The position numbers were made by a program, and so were the translations under genes. A model generated the notes under the pieces. It made no database searches and was not told the origin of the DNA. It worked only from the letters and a program-made list of their open reading frames with translations. A stretch of 46,357 nt of DNA from an uncultured Verrucomicrobiota bacterium (GTDB lineage Bacteria; Auribacterota; JABMQX01; JAFGEW01): contig CAZCQN010000005.1 of NCBI GenBank assembly GCA_964500825.1, positions 1 through 46,357 on the forward strand. The letters are read 5' to 3'. Positions 26,583 to 37,200 of this stretch are shown piece by piece (the stretch's first letter is position 1; the number at the start of each line of letters is the position of its first letter).

Positions 26583-27415
26583 TACAACTCGACGGGATCC
26601 GGTTCGCGTATCCCGGGAGGCCGGAGCTCTTCGGCGGTGTCGATTTCACGGTGCGCGAGGGCGACCGCCTCGCCGTCGTCGGGGCGAACGGCAGCGGCAA
26701 GACGACGCTCTTCCACCTGATCGTCGGACTCCAGCGGCCGAGCGCGGGCCGGGTTCGCGCGTTCGGGCGCGACGTGGAGCGGCGGTCCGACTACGATGAG
26801 GTGCGGTCCAAGGTCGGCTTCCTCTTCCAGGATTCGGATGACCAGCTCTTTTCGCCGACGGTGCGTGAGGACGTCGCCTTCGGGCCGCTCAACCTCGGCA
26901 AGATGAGGGAGGAGGTTGTGCGCATCGTCGACGAGACGCTCGCCTGGCTCGGGCTTTCGGATTACGCAGACCGAATCGGCTACGACCTGTCGGGCGGCGA
27001 GAAGCGCCTCGTGGCGCTCGCGACCACGCTCGCGATGAAGCCGCAGGTGCTCTTGCTCGACGAGCCGGCCGCCGGCCTCGACCCGAAGGGGCGATCGGAA
27101 CTGATCGAGCTGCTCGCCCGGATCGGCGGGACGCAGGTAATCAGCTCGCACGACATGGAGTTTGTCCGGGCCACGTGCCTGCGTGTGGTCGTGATGGACA
27201 AAGGGCAGTTGATCGCGGAAGGGGCGACGGATGAGATCCTCGGCGACGCCGACCTGATGCTCCGCCACGGCCTTGAGGTGCCGTACTCGCTCGAAGCTCG
27301 GGGACATGGCACGCACGATCACCGCCACGGCGCCGGCGTCAGCCACGGCCACGGCCACGGCGCGGCGCACGTCACGCAAGAGCACAAGCCGCCGGACAAG
27401 GACAGCATGAGTTGA
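26561..27415 (+). CDS. cbiO: Ni/Co ECF transporter ATPase with His-rich C-terminal tail
   Basis: GANGSGKTT, LFQD.DDQLF.PTV.EDVAFGP.N, LSGGEKR, LLLDEP and SHD motifs; 9 His in the last approx. 37 residues. Confidence 0.93.
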   Translation: MDRDSALIQLDGIRFAYPGRPELFGGVDFTVREGDRLAVVGANGSGKTTLFHLIVGLQRPSAGRVRAFGRDVERRSDYDEVRSKVGFLFQDSDDQLFSPTVREDVAFGPLNLGKMREEVVRIVDETLAWLGLSDYADRIGYDLSGGEKRLVALATTLAMKPQVLLLDEPAAGLDPKGRSELIELLARIGGTQVISSHDMEFVRATCLRVVVMDKGQLIAEGATDEILGDADLMLRHGLEVPYSLEARGHGTHDHRHGAGVSHGHGHGAAHVTQEHKPPDKDSMS

Positions 27416-27422
27416 CGGTGGC

Positions 27423-29057
27423 ATGAGGCGGCTCCTTGTCATATGTCTGATCGCACTTGGCCTTGTGGGTGCGTGTGTGCCGGCCCGGGCGCATATCTTC
27501 GGCTACCACGCTGTGGACCACGACGTCATCGTCATGATCGCCCCCAACATCGTCACGGTACGGATGATCGTGTTCCTCGGCGAGGTACCAAGCGCCGGGT
27601 TGTTGGCGACCGCGGACGCGGACAACGACAAGGATCTCAGCGATGAGGAAGGGAAGACGCTCGCCGCCGACTACCAAGAGGATCTCCGAAAGGATCTGAG
27701 GCTCACACTCAACGGCGAGCGGGCGACGCTCGAGTTCGTCAAGGGAAACGCCGTCCTCATCCGGGGCATAACGCCGATGCCCCAGATTCAGTTGGTGCTT
27801 CACTTCAACGCCGTCGGTCCTCGGCCGCGTGTCGGCACCAACACGCTGCACATGCACAACCTGTGCGACATCAACAGGCTGGGGACCAGGGATCTCGTCT
27901 TCACGGTGCAGGCGCCCGAATACATCGACGTCGTGGGCCAGCCGGAGAAGATCGACTGCCGCAGGGCGGAGGACTACCAGGCCATGGTCGGGATGATTCC
28001 GCCCGACTACCGCGAGGGCACGGTGATCTTCGAGATGGACGCCGCCGCGCTCGAGCTCATCCCGTCCGAACACGTTGTCGACGAAGAACCACGCGACGTC
28101 GACGTCGCGCGTTCGCCGGGCACGACGAAGCAGTCGAGCAGGCTGGTGAACATAATCGGCGAGCTGGCACACCGCCACACTATCGGCGTGCTCGTCGTGT
28201 CGCTGGGGATCGCTTTTGTCCTCGGCATGCTTCACGCGGCGCAGCCCGGCCACGGCAAGACCCTGGTCGCCGCGTACCTGGTCGGCAGTCACGGCAAGGT
28301 GCGGCACGCAGTCCTGCTTGGGATCATTGTGACGCTGACGCACACCTTCAGCGTCTATATCATTGCGGTTCTCGTCCTGGTGGGCGTGAAGGGCGCCGAC
28401 GACGTGACCTTGATCTTCTGGCTCAAGCTGGTGTCCGGGCTGGGCATCGCGGCCATTGGCGTGTGGCTGCTTGCATGCGCTGTTCGGCGCAAGACGCTGC
28501 CGCACGTCCATCTGGGCGGGGGACATCATCATCACGACCATGAGCACGAGCACGACCACGCGCACGAGCACACCCACACCCACACCCACTCGCACGATCA
28601 TGCCCACGCGCATGATCACGTTCATCCGCACACCCACACCGACGCGCACGATCATGCGCACCCGCACGATGATGCGGGCGGCCACGTGCACGAGGATATG
28701 CACCATGGCCGGGACTCCGGTGTGGCCGTCGAGCCACCAAGCCTCAAGCGCCTGCTCGCGCTCGGGATCACGGGCGGCCTCGTGCCGTGTCCGGATGGGA
28801 TCCTGCTGATTCTGGCGGCGGCGTACCTGCAGGTCGTCGCGTTTGGAATCATGCTGCTCGTCAGCTTCAGCCTTGGCCTCGCAACAACGCTGGTGACGAT
28901 CGGCGTTCTCGTCGTGCGCGGCTCGAAGCTGATCACGGGGCGGCTGAAGAAACCGGCCCGCTTCTTCCGGTGGGCGTCGATGGCGTCGGCGACGGTCATC
29001 ACGCTGATCGGCTGTGGCATGGCGTATGCCGCGATAAGGTTCCTGGCCGCCCGCTAA
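27423..29057 (+). CDS. fusion of an N-terminal exported (DUF1007-like) domain with a NicO/RcnA-family Ni/Co permease bearing a His-rich loop
   Basis: Signal ending ARA, then HIFGYHAVDHD; EF-hand-like DADNDKDLSDEE; permease motifs GMLHAAQPGHGKT, HT.S, GGLVPCP and FSLGLA. Confidence 0.82.
   Translation: MRRLLVICLIALGLVGACVPARAHIFGYHAVDHDVIVMIAPNIVTVRMIVFLGEVPSAGLLATADADNDKDLSDEEGKTLAADYQEDLRKDLRLTLNGERATLEFVKGNAVLIRGITPMPQIQLVLHFNAVGPRPRVGTNTLHMHNLCDINRLGTRDLVFTVQAPEYIDVVGQPEKIDCRRAEDYQAMVGMIPPDYREGTVIFEMDAAALELIPSEHVVDEEPRDVDVARSPGTTKQSSRLVNIIGELAHRHTIGVLVVSLGIAFVLGMLHAAQPGHGKTLVAAYLVGSHGKVRHAVLLGIIVTLTHTFSVYIIAVLVLVGVKGADDVTLIFWLKLVSGLGIAAIGVWLLACAVRRKTLPHVHLGGGHHHHDHEHEHDHAHEHTHTHTHSHDHAHAHDHVHPHTHTDAHDHAHPHDDAGGHVHEDMHHGRDSGVAVEPPSLKRLLALGITGGLVPCPDGILLILAAAYLQVVAFGIMLLVSFSLGLATTLVTIGVLVVRGSKLITGRLKKPARFFRWASMASATVITLIGCGMAYAAIRFLAAR
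28524..28706 (+). repeat. low-complexity (His-X)n coding repeat
   Basis: CAC/CAT at alternating codons; 29 His in 61 residues. Confidence 0.9.
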
Positions 29058-29141
29058 GAGCAGGGCCGGGGGGCTGCTCGCACGCGAACCTCGAGCGGTG
29101 CGGCGACGCATAGCTCGCCCGGGGCGCGCGACGAAACGCGA

Positions 29142-29981
29142 TCACTCTGCCTTCAGGGCGAAGTTCTTGACCTCCCATTTCTTGACCAACTCGGGATCAC
29201 GTTCGCGCATCTCGAAGGAGTGGAGCTCCTCGTCCTTGTTCGCCCAGCATGAGGCGGGGTAGATTAACTTTGTGCCGTCTTCGCTTTCCTCTGACCACAC
29301 GATGCTCCGGCGCGGCTCCGGCCATTCCTTCGTCGCGATCCAGAAGTCGAAGCCGTGGCCTTCCGGCCCCTTGTCCGTCTCGACGTTGATGATGGCCTGG
29401 TTCTCCGTTCTCTCGATGCTGACGATCTCCCACTTCACGCCGCTGGGGCTCTCGCCGTTCGCGCCGACCTTGATCTCATCGTCTTCAAGGACGACGACGA
29501 CCTTGTAGCTGTCGTCGTCGTAGTACTCGACGGTGATGGAGCATGCCTCGGTCGTCTCGGGCGCCCACCAACCCACGTGCACCACGCCAAGTGTCCACCC
29601 GCGCATCAGGCCCATGGTGGGATCGTGCGGCTCCACCTCTGCGCCAGTGAGGCGGACCTCCTGGCCTGGTGTCACGAAGTAGGCGACGTACGGCACCAGG
29701 TTCTCGTCGGTCAAGCGCCCTCCGTCATTACCCCATTCGTACGCGAGCTCACCGTCCTCGTCGGTTGTCGCCGAAAACGTGCGCTCAAGCTTGAGGAAGC
29801 GGTCGAGAGCTTCCTCGCACTCCTTGGCTTCGGCCTCCGCCAACTCCGGATTCCGGATCAGCACCGTCTTACCGTCCCGCACCGTGACGATGCCGAAGAA
29901 TATGAAGTCCCCCTCTTCAGCCGCCGGCGCGAGATTCCACACGAGCATGCACGTCAGGATGAGGAACATCGCTCGAAACAT
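29142..29981 (-). CDS. hypothetical exported acidic protein
   Basis: AGGAGG followed by ATG at 29981; signal peptide MFRAMFLILTCMLVWNLAPA; Glu/Asp/Trp-rich; no motif recognised. The ORF track starts at 30065. Confidence 0.7.
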   Translation of the reverse strand: MFRAMFLILTCMLVWNLAPAAEEGDFIFFGIVTVRDGKTVLIRNPELAEAEAKECEEALDRFLKLERTFSATTDEDGELAYEWGNDGGRLTDENLVPYVAYFVTPGQEVRLTGAEVEPHDPTMGLMRGWTLGVVHVGWWAPETTEACSITVEYYDDDSYKVVVVLEDDEIKVGANGESPSGVKWEIVSIERTENQAIINVETDKGPEGHGFDFWIATKEWPEPRRSIVWSEESEDGTKLIYPASCWANKDEELHSFEMRERDPELVKKWEVKNFALKAE

Positions 29982-30135
29982 AGGGCACCTCCTCTGGATC
30001 GCACGTCTATCAACGAGACAAGGAACAGCGGCCCGAAGGTACAGGATCACAGACGTGGCGCGCAATATCCAGGTTCCGTGACGTCAGGGGCCGCCATCGG
30101 CTACTATGCGTGCACACGCAGGTGGAGGAAGAGGT

Positions 30136-30669
30136 ATGGAGACAGTCGACAGGCAGACGGCGGTGACGCTCGCGTCGCCGTTTCCGTACGTGCTGGCAAC
30201 GACGGTGAACGAGGACGGCAAGCCGAACGCCATCGGCCTGGCATGGTGGACGTTTGTCTCGGCCGAGCCCCCGATGCTGGTGATCTCGGTGGGGCCGGGG
30301 CGCTACTCGCACGCGAACCTCAAGGGGTGCGGCGAGTTCGTGCTTTGTTTCCCGTCTGTCGAGCTGGCGAAGCCGGCATGGAAAGCCGGGCGCGCCTCGG
30401 GACGAACCTACGACAAGTTCGGCCCGGGCGGTCTCGTCGCCGTGCCGGCCACGCACGTGAAGCCGCCCATCGTCGAGGGTTCGAGCGTCGCGTTCGAATG
30501 CAGGGTTGTCAACACGGTCACAGCCGGGGATCACACCATTTTCATCGCCGACGTCGTCGAGACGCACGGCTCGCCTGACAAGGTGGTTCACCTGTACTCG
30601 ATCCACTACACGAAGCTCGTCGGGATCGGCAGCGACGGGACAGCCATCTTCGACCTCAAGCACGAGTAG
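30136..30669 (+). CDS. flavin reductase family protein (DIM6/NTAB, flavoredoxin-like)
   Basis: G.PN, S.EPPML.ISV, SGR..DKF, FECRV and GDHTIFI motifs. Start set at ATG 30136. Convergent 14-bp overlap with addA. Confidence 0.88.
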   Translation: METVDRQTAVTLASPFPYVLATTVNEDGKPNAIGLAWWTFVSAEPPMLVISVGPGRYSHANLKGCGEFVLCFPSVELAKPAWKAGRASGRTYDKFGPGGLVAVPATHVKPPIVEGSSVAFECRVVNTVTAGDHTIFIADVVETHGSPDKVVHLYSIHYTKLVGIGSDGTAIFDLKHE

Positions 30670-33600
30670 CCCGTGCCACGGGCATCGCACGGCAGACGAC
30701 GCACTCGCCGCAGCCTTGCCCCGACCGGAACACGTCCGCAAGGTCGGTACGGGCGAGTGCAGCCACACGCTCGACGAGCTCATGCTCTGCTCGTGCGAGC
30801 GCGTCGGCATCGTAGTCCCACTCGAAACGCGCGCAGGTCTCTGGCAAGACCACGGCTGCGCGCACTCGCGGCTGGCCGAGCAGCCGTGAGACGGCGAGCG
30901 CGTACGCGCGGAGCTGAAGGCCGTACGCACGCTCGAGCGAGTCCTGTGTCGTTGTCTGTGGCTCGCGCGGCAGCTTGAAATCCACGACGCGTGGCGGCGA
31001 CCCGAGAACGAGGCGGTCGATGCGGCCGCGCAGAACGGCGCCATCGAGCACAAGCGCAAAGGGCAGCTCTGCCACGCCATCGGGCGCGAGGATCGTCGCG
31101 CCGAACTCAGACTCCCTGAAGCGCTGCGCGATGTCGTGCGCGCGCCGGGCGATGCGCTCAGCGTGCGCCTCGTCGAAGACGTGCCCGCGCGCGGCCGACT
31201 GCGCTGCCTCGTGAAGGTCAATGCCCGGATCGGCCGCAAGCCGCTGCAGCAACTCGTGGACCGCTGTCCCGATGATGCGCTGGTCCTCGTCGTGCTCGAA
31301 CTCGCCCAAGAACGCGTCGCGCGTGTCGTCGGCTTGCATGGGGCGCGTGTCAAATCGAAAACCGAGAACGTGGCGCGCGTAGTACAGGCGCCCGCACCGG
31401 TCGAAGTCGAGCAGCTCGGTCACCGTGAACACAGGCCGGTGTGGCGCCGACTCGATCGGCGCGATCATGTCGGCCACAAGCTCGACACTCGGCTTGGCCT
31501 GGGCGGCGTTGCCGGCGGCCGGCTCTTGAACGATCCGCTCTTCGTCTTCTTGACGTGGCACACGAGCCGAAGGCGTGCCGCGCACGATGTTCAGCGTTGC
31601 CCCATCACCGAGCGCGACCACGTGCGTGTCGTCGGCCGCCGGAAGCTCGTCGGGCAGCTCAAAGGCATCGGCGATCCAACGCTGCCAGCTTGCGTCCCGC
31701 GGCTTCTTTGCGCCGTTCCCGACAAGGAATAGATGATCCTGCGCCCGCGTGCAGGCGACGTAGAGCAGCCGGCGCGTCTCCGCCAGGTTCTTGCGTTTCA
31801 GTCGATCCTCGATGAGCTTGTAGATCGCCCCCTTGCCGTTGCGGGCACGGAGCGCCGGTGGTGTGTTGACAGCAAAGCCGAGATCCGGGTCGATTCTGAG
31901 CACGGCGGACGCCCCTGTCTTGGCGAGATCGTCGTCGAGCCCAACGACGAACACGACGGGGAACTCGAGGCCTTTGGCCGCGTGGATGGTCATCACCTTT
32001 ACGGCATCGTTGGTCGGGACCGTCTCGGGCTCAGTCCCTTCGCGGGGCACGTTGTGGATGTGCTCGTGGAGCATTTCGACAACCTCGCCGAGCAAGGCGC
32101 CGGGTGCCTGAAAGGCGCGGACGACGCGAACCAGCTTCTCGACGTTCCCCGCCTGGCCGGTTGCGGCATACGTGCCCCAGGCGCCGGTCCCGTCAAGAAT
32201 ACGCCCGAGCAGCCGGGACGGCACGACGAGGTCCACGGCGTCGAGCCACGAGGGGATCAGGAGTCGTGCACGGTCGACGACGCGCTGGTCTTCCGTCGAG
32301 AGGGTCTGGCACTTGCGCGGCGCGAGAAGCTCGTCGAGGAATGAGCTCTCGCCACGAGCCTGCCCGAGTACGAACAGGCCGTCGTCCGACAAGCCGAACA
32401 GCGGCGAGCGAAGAAGGCCCGCGAGCTCGATGTCGCCCGACGGGTCGGCAAGGAACCGCAGGCAGACGTAGAGGTCGCGCACCTCCTGCGTTTGGTAGAA
32501 GCCGGTGCCTTTGTAGATGGAGTGGGGGATATCGAGCGCGCGGAGGGCGGCGACCAGTTCCGGCAGCAGACTGCGCGTGCGCAGAAGCACGGCGACGTCG
32601 CCATAGCGTGGACGGCGTGTGTGGCTGTCTTTTCCGTTGGACTGTTCGCGCACGTGCTCGACGCCGTCGTCGACGAGCGCCTTGATGCGCGCGGCGATCG
32701 CCTCCGCCTGAGGGTTACGGCGGGGCGCGCCTGCGATATCTGTTTCGTCATCACAGGCAGGGAGCAGCAGTTCGATACGGCTCTCGATCTCACGTTCTCG
32801 AACCGCCTGCATCGGTTGATGCGTGACGTCGAAATCCTCCCCACCCGGCATCACGCGTGCGAACAGCGCGTTCGCAAAGGTCACCAGCGCAGGCCCGCTG
32901 CGGAAGTTGTCGTCGAGCATGACGCGGGATGGCGCGTCCGCGATGAGCGCGCGGCTGATCTGCTCGAAGAAGCGAACGTCCGCATTGCGGAAGCCGAAGA
33001 TCGACTGCTGCGGGTCGCCGACGACGAACAGGTCAGCGCCGCCGGGTGCACGGTCTCCAAGGAGAAAGCGAATGAGCCGGAACTGCAGCAGATTGAGGTC
33101 CTGTGATTCGTCGACGAGAATGAGGCGATAGCGCGTGCGGAGCGCGTCCGCCACCGTGCCGTTGCTCGCGGACTCAAGCAGCGCAATTGCCCGAGCTTCG
33201 AGGTCGTCGAAATCGAGGAGGCGTCCGCCTCCCTTGAGCTGGCGGTAGTGGCCGTCCGCTTCCTGGACAAGCCGCCACAGTGAGTGGACGAGTCGCGCGA
33301 CGAGGCGATCGTCCTCGTCGAGAGCGATCTTCCGAAACGCCCGGAGCGGCGTGACGAGGGCGGCAAGCCGGCCGAGAATGGCGCGCGCGTGCTCTCGTGC
33401 GTTTCCTGTCCAGGCGCTCTGTGCGCCTCGGCCGCCGAAGCTGCGCGGCTTCCCCTTGCTATCCAGCAGCACATCGCTGAGCGTGGCGGCAGCCGAGGGC
33501 AGGTCCTCGTCGTCAGCCGCAGTCGCTGTCTGAAACGAACCCAAGACGTTGCGGGCTAAGCAGCAAAGCTTGTCGGCGGGATCGAGACACTGCTTCGTGA

Positions 33601-34285
33601 GCCCGGCGAGTTCTGCGACGGCCCCGGCAACGGCGGCGTTCGCAGCAATGCCGCGCGTGACGCTGACCGTTTCTCGGTGGAGAAGACGCTGCCACTCCTG
33701 GACGAGCGCGGATGGTTCGAGGGCAAGGCCGTCGCGCGTCTCGGCCGGGAGGTAATGAAGGGAGTTGAGGAGCTGCGCAAGCATCCGTGCAAGAGTGTGG
33801 CGCGGGTAGAATGTCAGCAGCGTGTCGAGGTGCGGTCGCATCGGGTGCTTCGGGTCCTGCGCAGCGGCAGCGATGGCGGCCTCGACGGCCTGTCGATGAA
33901 GCGACTGATACTGCGACTCGTCGAGAACCTCAAACGACGGGTCAACGCCGGCCTCGACGGGGAACTCGCGCAGGATGCTGGTGCAGAAGCCGTGAATTGT
34001 CTTGATCGGCGCGTCGGTGAGCTGTTCACGCAGACGTGCCGCGCGGGCCGGATCGAGCGCCATGGCGGCAGTCGCGGCGACGATGCGCTCACGCATCTCG
34101 GCGGCGGCTTTGTCGGTAAACGTCACGGCAAGGATCTGCAACGGGTCAACGCCGTCCGCGAGCGCGCGCACGTACCTGGCGGTGAGCACGAGCGTCTTGC
34201 CGGAACCGGCGCCGGCCCGCACGCTGACGCTGCCGGAGCGCTCGATGGCCCGCCGCTGTGCGGCTGTGTACGTGAGCGCGCTCAT
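30656..34285 (-). CDS. addA: ATP-dependent helicase/nuclease subunit A (UvrD-like helicase plus PD-(D/E)XK nuclease)
   Basis: Helicase motifs AGAGSGKT, VTFTDKAAAEMRERI, TIHGFC, LVDESQD, VGDPQQSIFGFR, NFRS, MTIHAAKGLEF and RLLYVACTRA; nuclease motifs GRIDRL..VVDFK..QL..Y. Confidence 0.9.
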   Translation of the reverse strand: MSALTYTAAQRRAIERSGSVSVRAGAGSGKTLVLTARYVRALADGVDPLQILAVTFTDKAAAEMRERIVAATAAMALDPARAARLREQLTDAPIKTIHGFCTSILREFPVEAGVDPSFEVLDESQYQSLHRQAVEAAIAAAAQDPKHPMRPHLDTLLTFYPRHTLARMLAQLLNSLHYLPAETRDGLALEPSALVQEWQRLLHRETVSVTRGIAANAAVAGAVAELAGLTKQCLDPADKLCCLARNVLGSFQTATAADDEDLPSAAATLSDVLLDSKGKPRSFGGRGAQSAWTGNAREHARAILGRLAALVTPLRAFRKIALDEDDRLVARLVHSLWRLVQEADGHYRQLKGGGRLLDFDDLEARAIALLESASNGTVADALRTRYRLILVDESQDLNLLQFRLIRFLLGDRAPGGADLFVVGDPQQSIFGFRNADVRFFEQISRALIADAPSRVMLDDNFRSGPALVTFANALFARVMPGGEDFDVTHQPMQAVREREIESRIELLLPACDDETDIAGAPRRNPQAEAIAARIKALVDDGVEHVREQSNGKDSHTRRPRYGDVAVLLRTRSLLPELVAALRALDIPHSIYKGTGFYQTQEVRDLYVCLRFLADPSGDIELAGLLRSPLFGLSDDGLFVLGQARGESSFLDELLAPRKCQTLSTEDQRVVDRARLLIPSWLDAVDLVVPSRLLGRILDGTGAWGTYAATGQAGNVEKLVRVVRAFQAPGALLGEVVEMLHEHIHNVPREGTEPETVPTNDAVKVMTIHAAKGLEFPVVFVVGLDDDLAKTGASAVLRIDPDLGFAVNTPPALRARNGKGAIYKLIEDRLKRKNLAETRRLLYVACTRAQDHLFLVGNGAKKPRDASWQRWIADAFELPDELPAADDTHVVALGDGATLNIVRGTPSARVPRQEDEERIVQEPAAGNAAQAKPSVELVADMIAPIESAPHRPVFTVTELLDFDRCGRLYYARHVLGFRFDTRPMQADDTRDAFLGEFEHDEDQRIIGTAVHELLQRLAADPGIDLHEAAQSAARGHVFDEAHAERIARRAHDIAQRFRESEFGATILAPDGVAELPFALVLDGAVLRGRIDRLVLGSPPRVVDFKLPREPQTTTQDSLERAYGLQLRAYALAVSRLLGQPRVRAAVVLPETCARFEWDYDADALARAEHELVERVAALARTDLADVFRSGQGCGECVVCRAMPVARATRA

Positions 34286-37200
34286 GAGTCGCCTCGGAAT
34301 GTACTGACCGTGATCCCGGCGAAGCGGCAGATGTGCTTATAGTCGCAGAAGCGGCAGCCGGCCTTTTTCTCGTCGAGAGTGGTGACGTGAAACCGGCCGG
34401 CTTCGATGGCGGTGACAGCCCGGCCGATCAGGTTCTTCTCCTCGGCGAGCCAGTCGTTGATTTCGGCGGGCTCGAAGGTCCCGTCCTTGGGCAGCTTGTA
34501 AGGCACGGTGTCCCTTGCATACGCCGTGTTGCCGAGCCAATTCTTACGTCTACAGTCTCGGGCGTCATGCGTCTGGAAGTAGCCGGCGGCAGCGAAATGG
34601 AAGGCCTCGCCGAGGATCGCATGCGCCGCCATGACGTAGAGCGGAAGCTGCAACTCTGGGCCGCCGCGCATGTCCTTCAGAGCGGGGATGGAGCTTCCCG
34701 TCTTGTAGTCAAGCACGCAGAACGTTCCTGTTGCATCATTGGTATCGACGCGGTCAATGATGCCGCGCAGCAGGATCTGGCGCTGGGCAGCGTCGATGAC
34801 GACTGGTTTATCTCGCGACGCCGGGTCGAGCGTGCGCCCAGCGCGCTGGCGGCCGAAGCCGAGCTCGAGGTACTTCGGCGTGCACGCCGTCGCGAGATCG
34901 GTCGTTCTCATCTCCTCTTGGATGAAGCGTTCGAGCAAGCCCGGCGGCTCGCCGACGGCTTGGCGGCCGAGGAGACGCTCGCGCAACTTGTCCCAGATGA
35001 AACCGGCGTACGGCTGCTTGTCGAGGGAGCGGTGCGCGAGCGCCGTGAGCAAGGCGAGCGCCTCGCGGTAGTTGTCCTCCGTGATGCGTCGCGGCGTGCG
35101 ATCAGGGCTCCACGCGTCGTAGAAGGCGCGGAAGATCTCGTGCAGGACCGTCCCCTTCTTGTGCGGAGGGATTTCCTCGTCCGGTTCTTCCACCGGCGCG
35201 AGCTCGAGGAGCCACGTGGCACAGAACCGGAAGGGACAACGCGCGTAGGTCTCGAGTTCCGTTGCGCTGAACTGGTGGTCGCGGTCGTAGATGCGGCGCA
35301 CCTCGTCGAGCAGTCGCGGCGAGAGCTGGCCTGCGTACGGCGTTGGCGTCGTTGTTGCCGTCCGTCGCGCCGCCTCGACCGCTCGGCAGTGCATGAAGCC
35401 GGCCAGCGGTGCGTGCGCCGCGAACGCGTCGTTGTCGAGGAGGTCTTCGAGTCGGGGCATCGTTGGCTTATTCTTGCCGATGCAATAAAGCAGTTGCCGC
35501 CACGACGTCGGAAGCCGCGGCCTTGGCTCAGGATCGAGCTTGAGGGCCGTGTCGATCCGCTCGAGCATCGCCGGTCGGAGCAGCGGTGTTTCGCCTTCGG
35601 TCTGGGGACGGCACAGCGTGAGCGACTCGGAGGTGCAGGCCAGCAGGCGGTAGAGCTCGATCCAGCCGTCGGCCGCGACACGGTCCTTGTCGGGCAGCCC
35701 GAGGCGCACCCTCACGAAAGGCGGCAGGATCGCGTCGCGCGGTCGCGGCACAGGAACCGCACCCTCGACGAGCCCGGCGACGAACAGGTGCTTCGTGCCT
35801 CGCTCGACGGCGGTCCGGAAATCCATGATTTCGATGCCCCGCGCCGGCGCGTGCACCTGTACTCGGGTTGCCCCTAGCGCCGACCGGAGCGACTCGATGA
35901 ACGCGTCGAGCAAGACCGCGCGAGGCTGTGCGCGCGCGTCGTCGAGAAGCGCCATCTCGGCCAGGGCCTCGTCGAGATGCTCAAGGCTTCGCATGTGGCC
36001 GGCCGCGTCGGGCACGGACGCGGCGAGCTCCGTAACGCGCCGCCTGACGCCGAAGACGTCCAAAAGGTCCTGCAACGCGGCAACGTACTGCGCGGCCGAT
36101 CGAGGGGCGCGTAACGCCTCGAGCAATGCCAGGGCCGGCTCGAGCAGTTCCTGCAACGGGCGCAGCGCGCGAAGCTCCTCATGGGGCGACGGTGCACTCG
36201 TTTCGTCCTCTTCCGTCTCGGCGAGAAGGTTGCCATCCGCTGCAAGCTCGTCGAGGTAAGCGATCCGCCGCGACAGCGCATCGAGCCATGCATCCTTGCC
36301 GCGAAAGACGCGCATCGTGCGGGCAAGGCTCTCGAGCGCGGTCGCGTCGACGGCGTGGCCGTTCCGCTCGAAACGGACGAAGGGCGAGCGAAAGAGGCGC
36401 ACGAGTTGGCGCCGCTCGAAGTCGCGCGCGGGCACGCCGAGAAGCAGGAGGACTGCCGCTGTGACCGGCGACTCGAGAAGCGGCGCTGGCCGAGCGACCG
36501 TGCAGGGCACGCCGTGCGCAGCGAACGTCTCGTCAACGAGCGTGCCGTACTGGTCGAGATCCGGAACGGCCAACGCGACGTCGGCCCGGGCAACCCCGTC
36601 GCGAAGGAGGGCCTTGACGTGCGAGGCGATCTGCTCGACCTCATCCTCGCGCGTCCGGCCTTCGACGAAGGTGACAGGCGAAGCAGCAACGGGCGCTGCG
36701 CTATCGGTGCCGCGCCATGCGAGCCGGGCTAGGAGGACAAACGGCCCAACACGTTCCTTGACTTCGGCAGCCGTCAGGAACGGCGGGAGCGGAGGAAACA
36801 GGTCGGCGAGCTCCGCGTCGTTGTCGAGGACAAAGGTGGTCTCGATCTGCTCGGCGACCGCTTCGACAATCGGCACTTCCGACGGGCTGAACTCAACAAA
36901 CCCGTCGAACACAATCCACTCGGTATTCGGCAAGCATCGCGAGACGAAACCGCCGTCCTCGGCGAACAGCTTGCCGACCGCGGCGTATGCGTCGCGCGTG
37001 TCGGCCCAGCGTCTCTCGCTAAGAAAACGGTTGTAGCGATTGAGGAGCTCGGCGAGCTCGGTCGCTCGTCCGTCGCCTTTGGCGGCCGTGCTCACGTCCG
37101 CGGCCCCGACGCCGAATCGCTTCAGCTCCCGAATCGAGCGGACAACCGCCTGCACCAGACCGGGAAACGGCGTCGTGCGGCCGCTGAGCAGTGTGGGGAA

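Noticed and set aside
28524-28706. CRISPR-like or VNTR array
   Set aside because: The periodicity is explained by in-frame His-X codons; there is no repeat-spacer structure and no cas genes.
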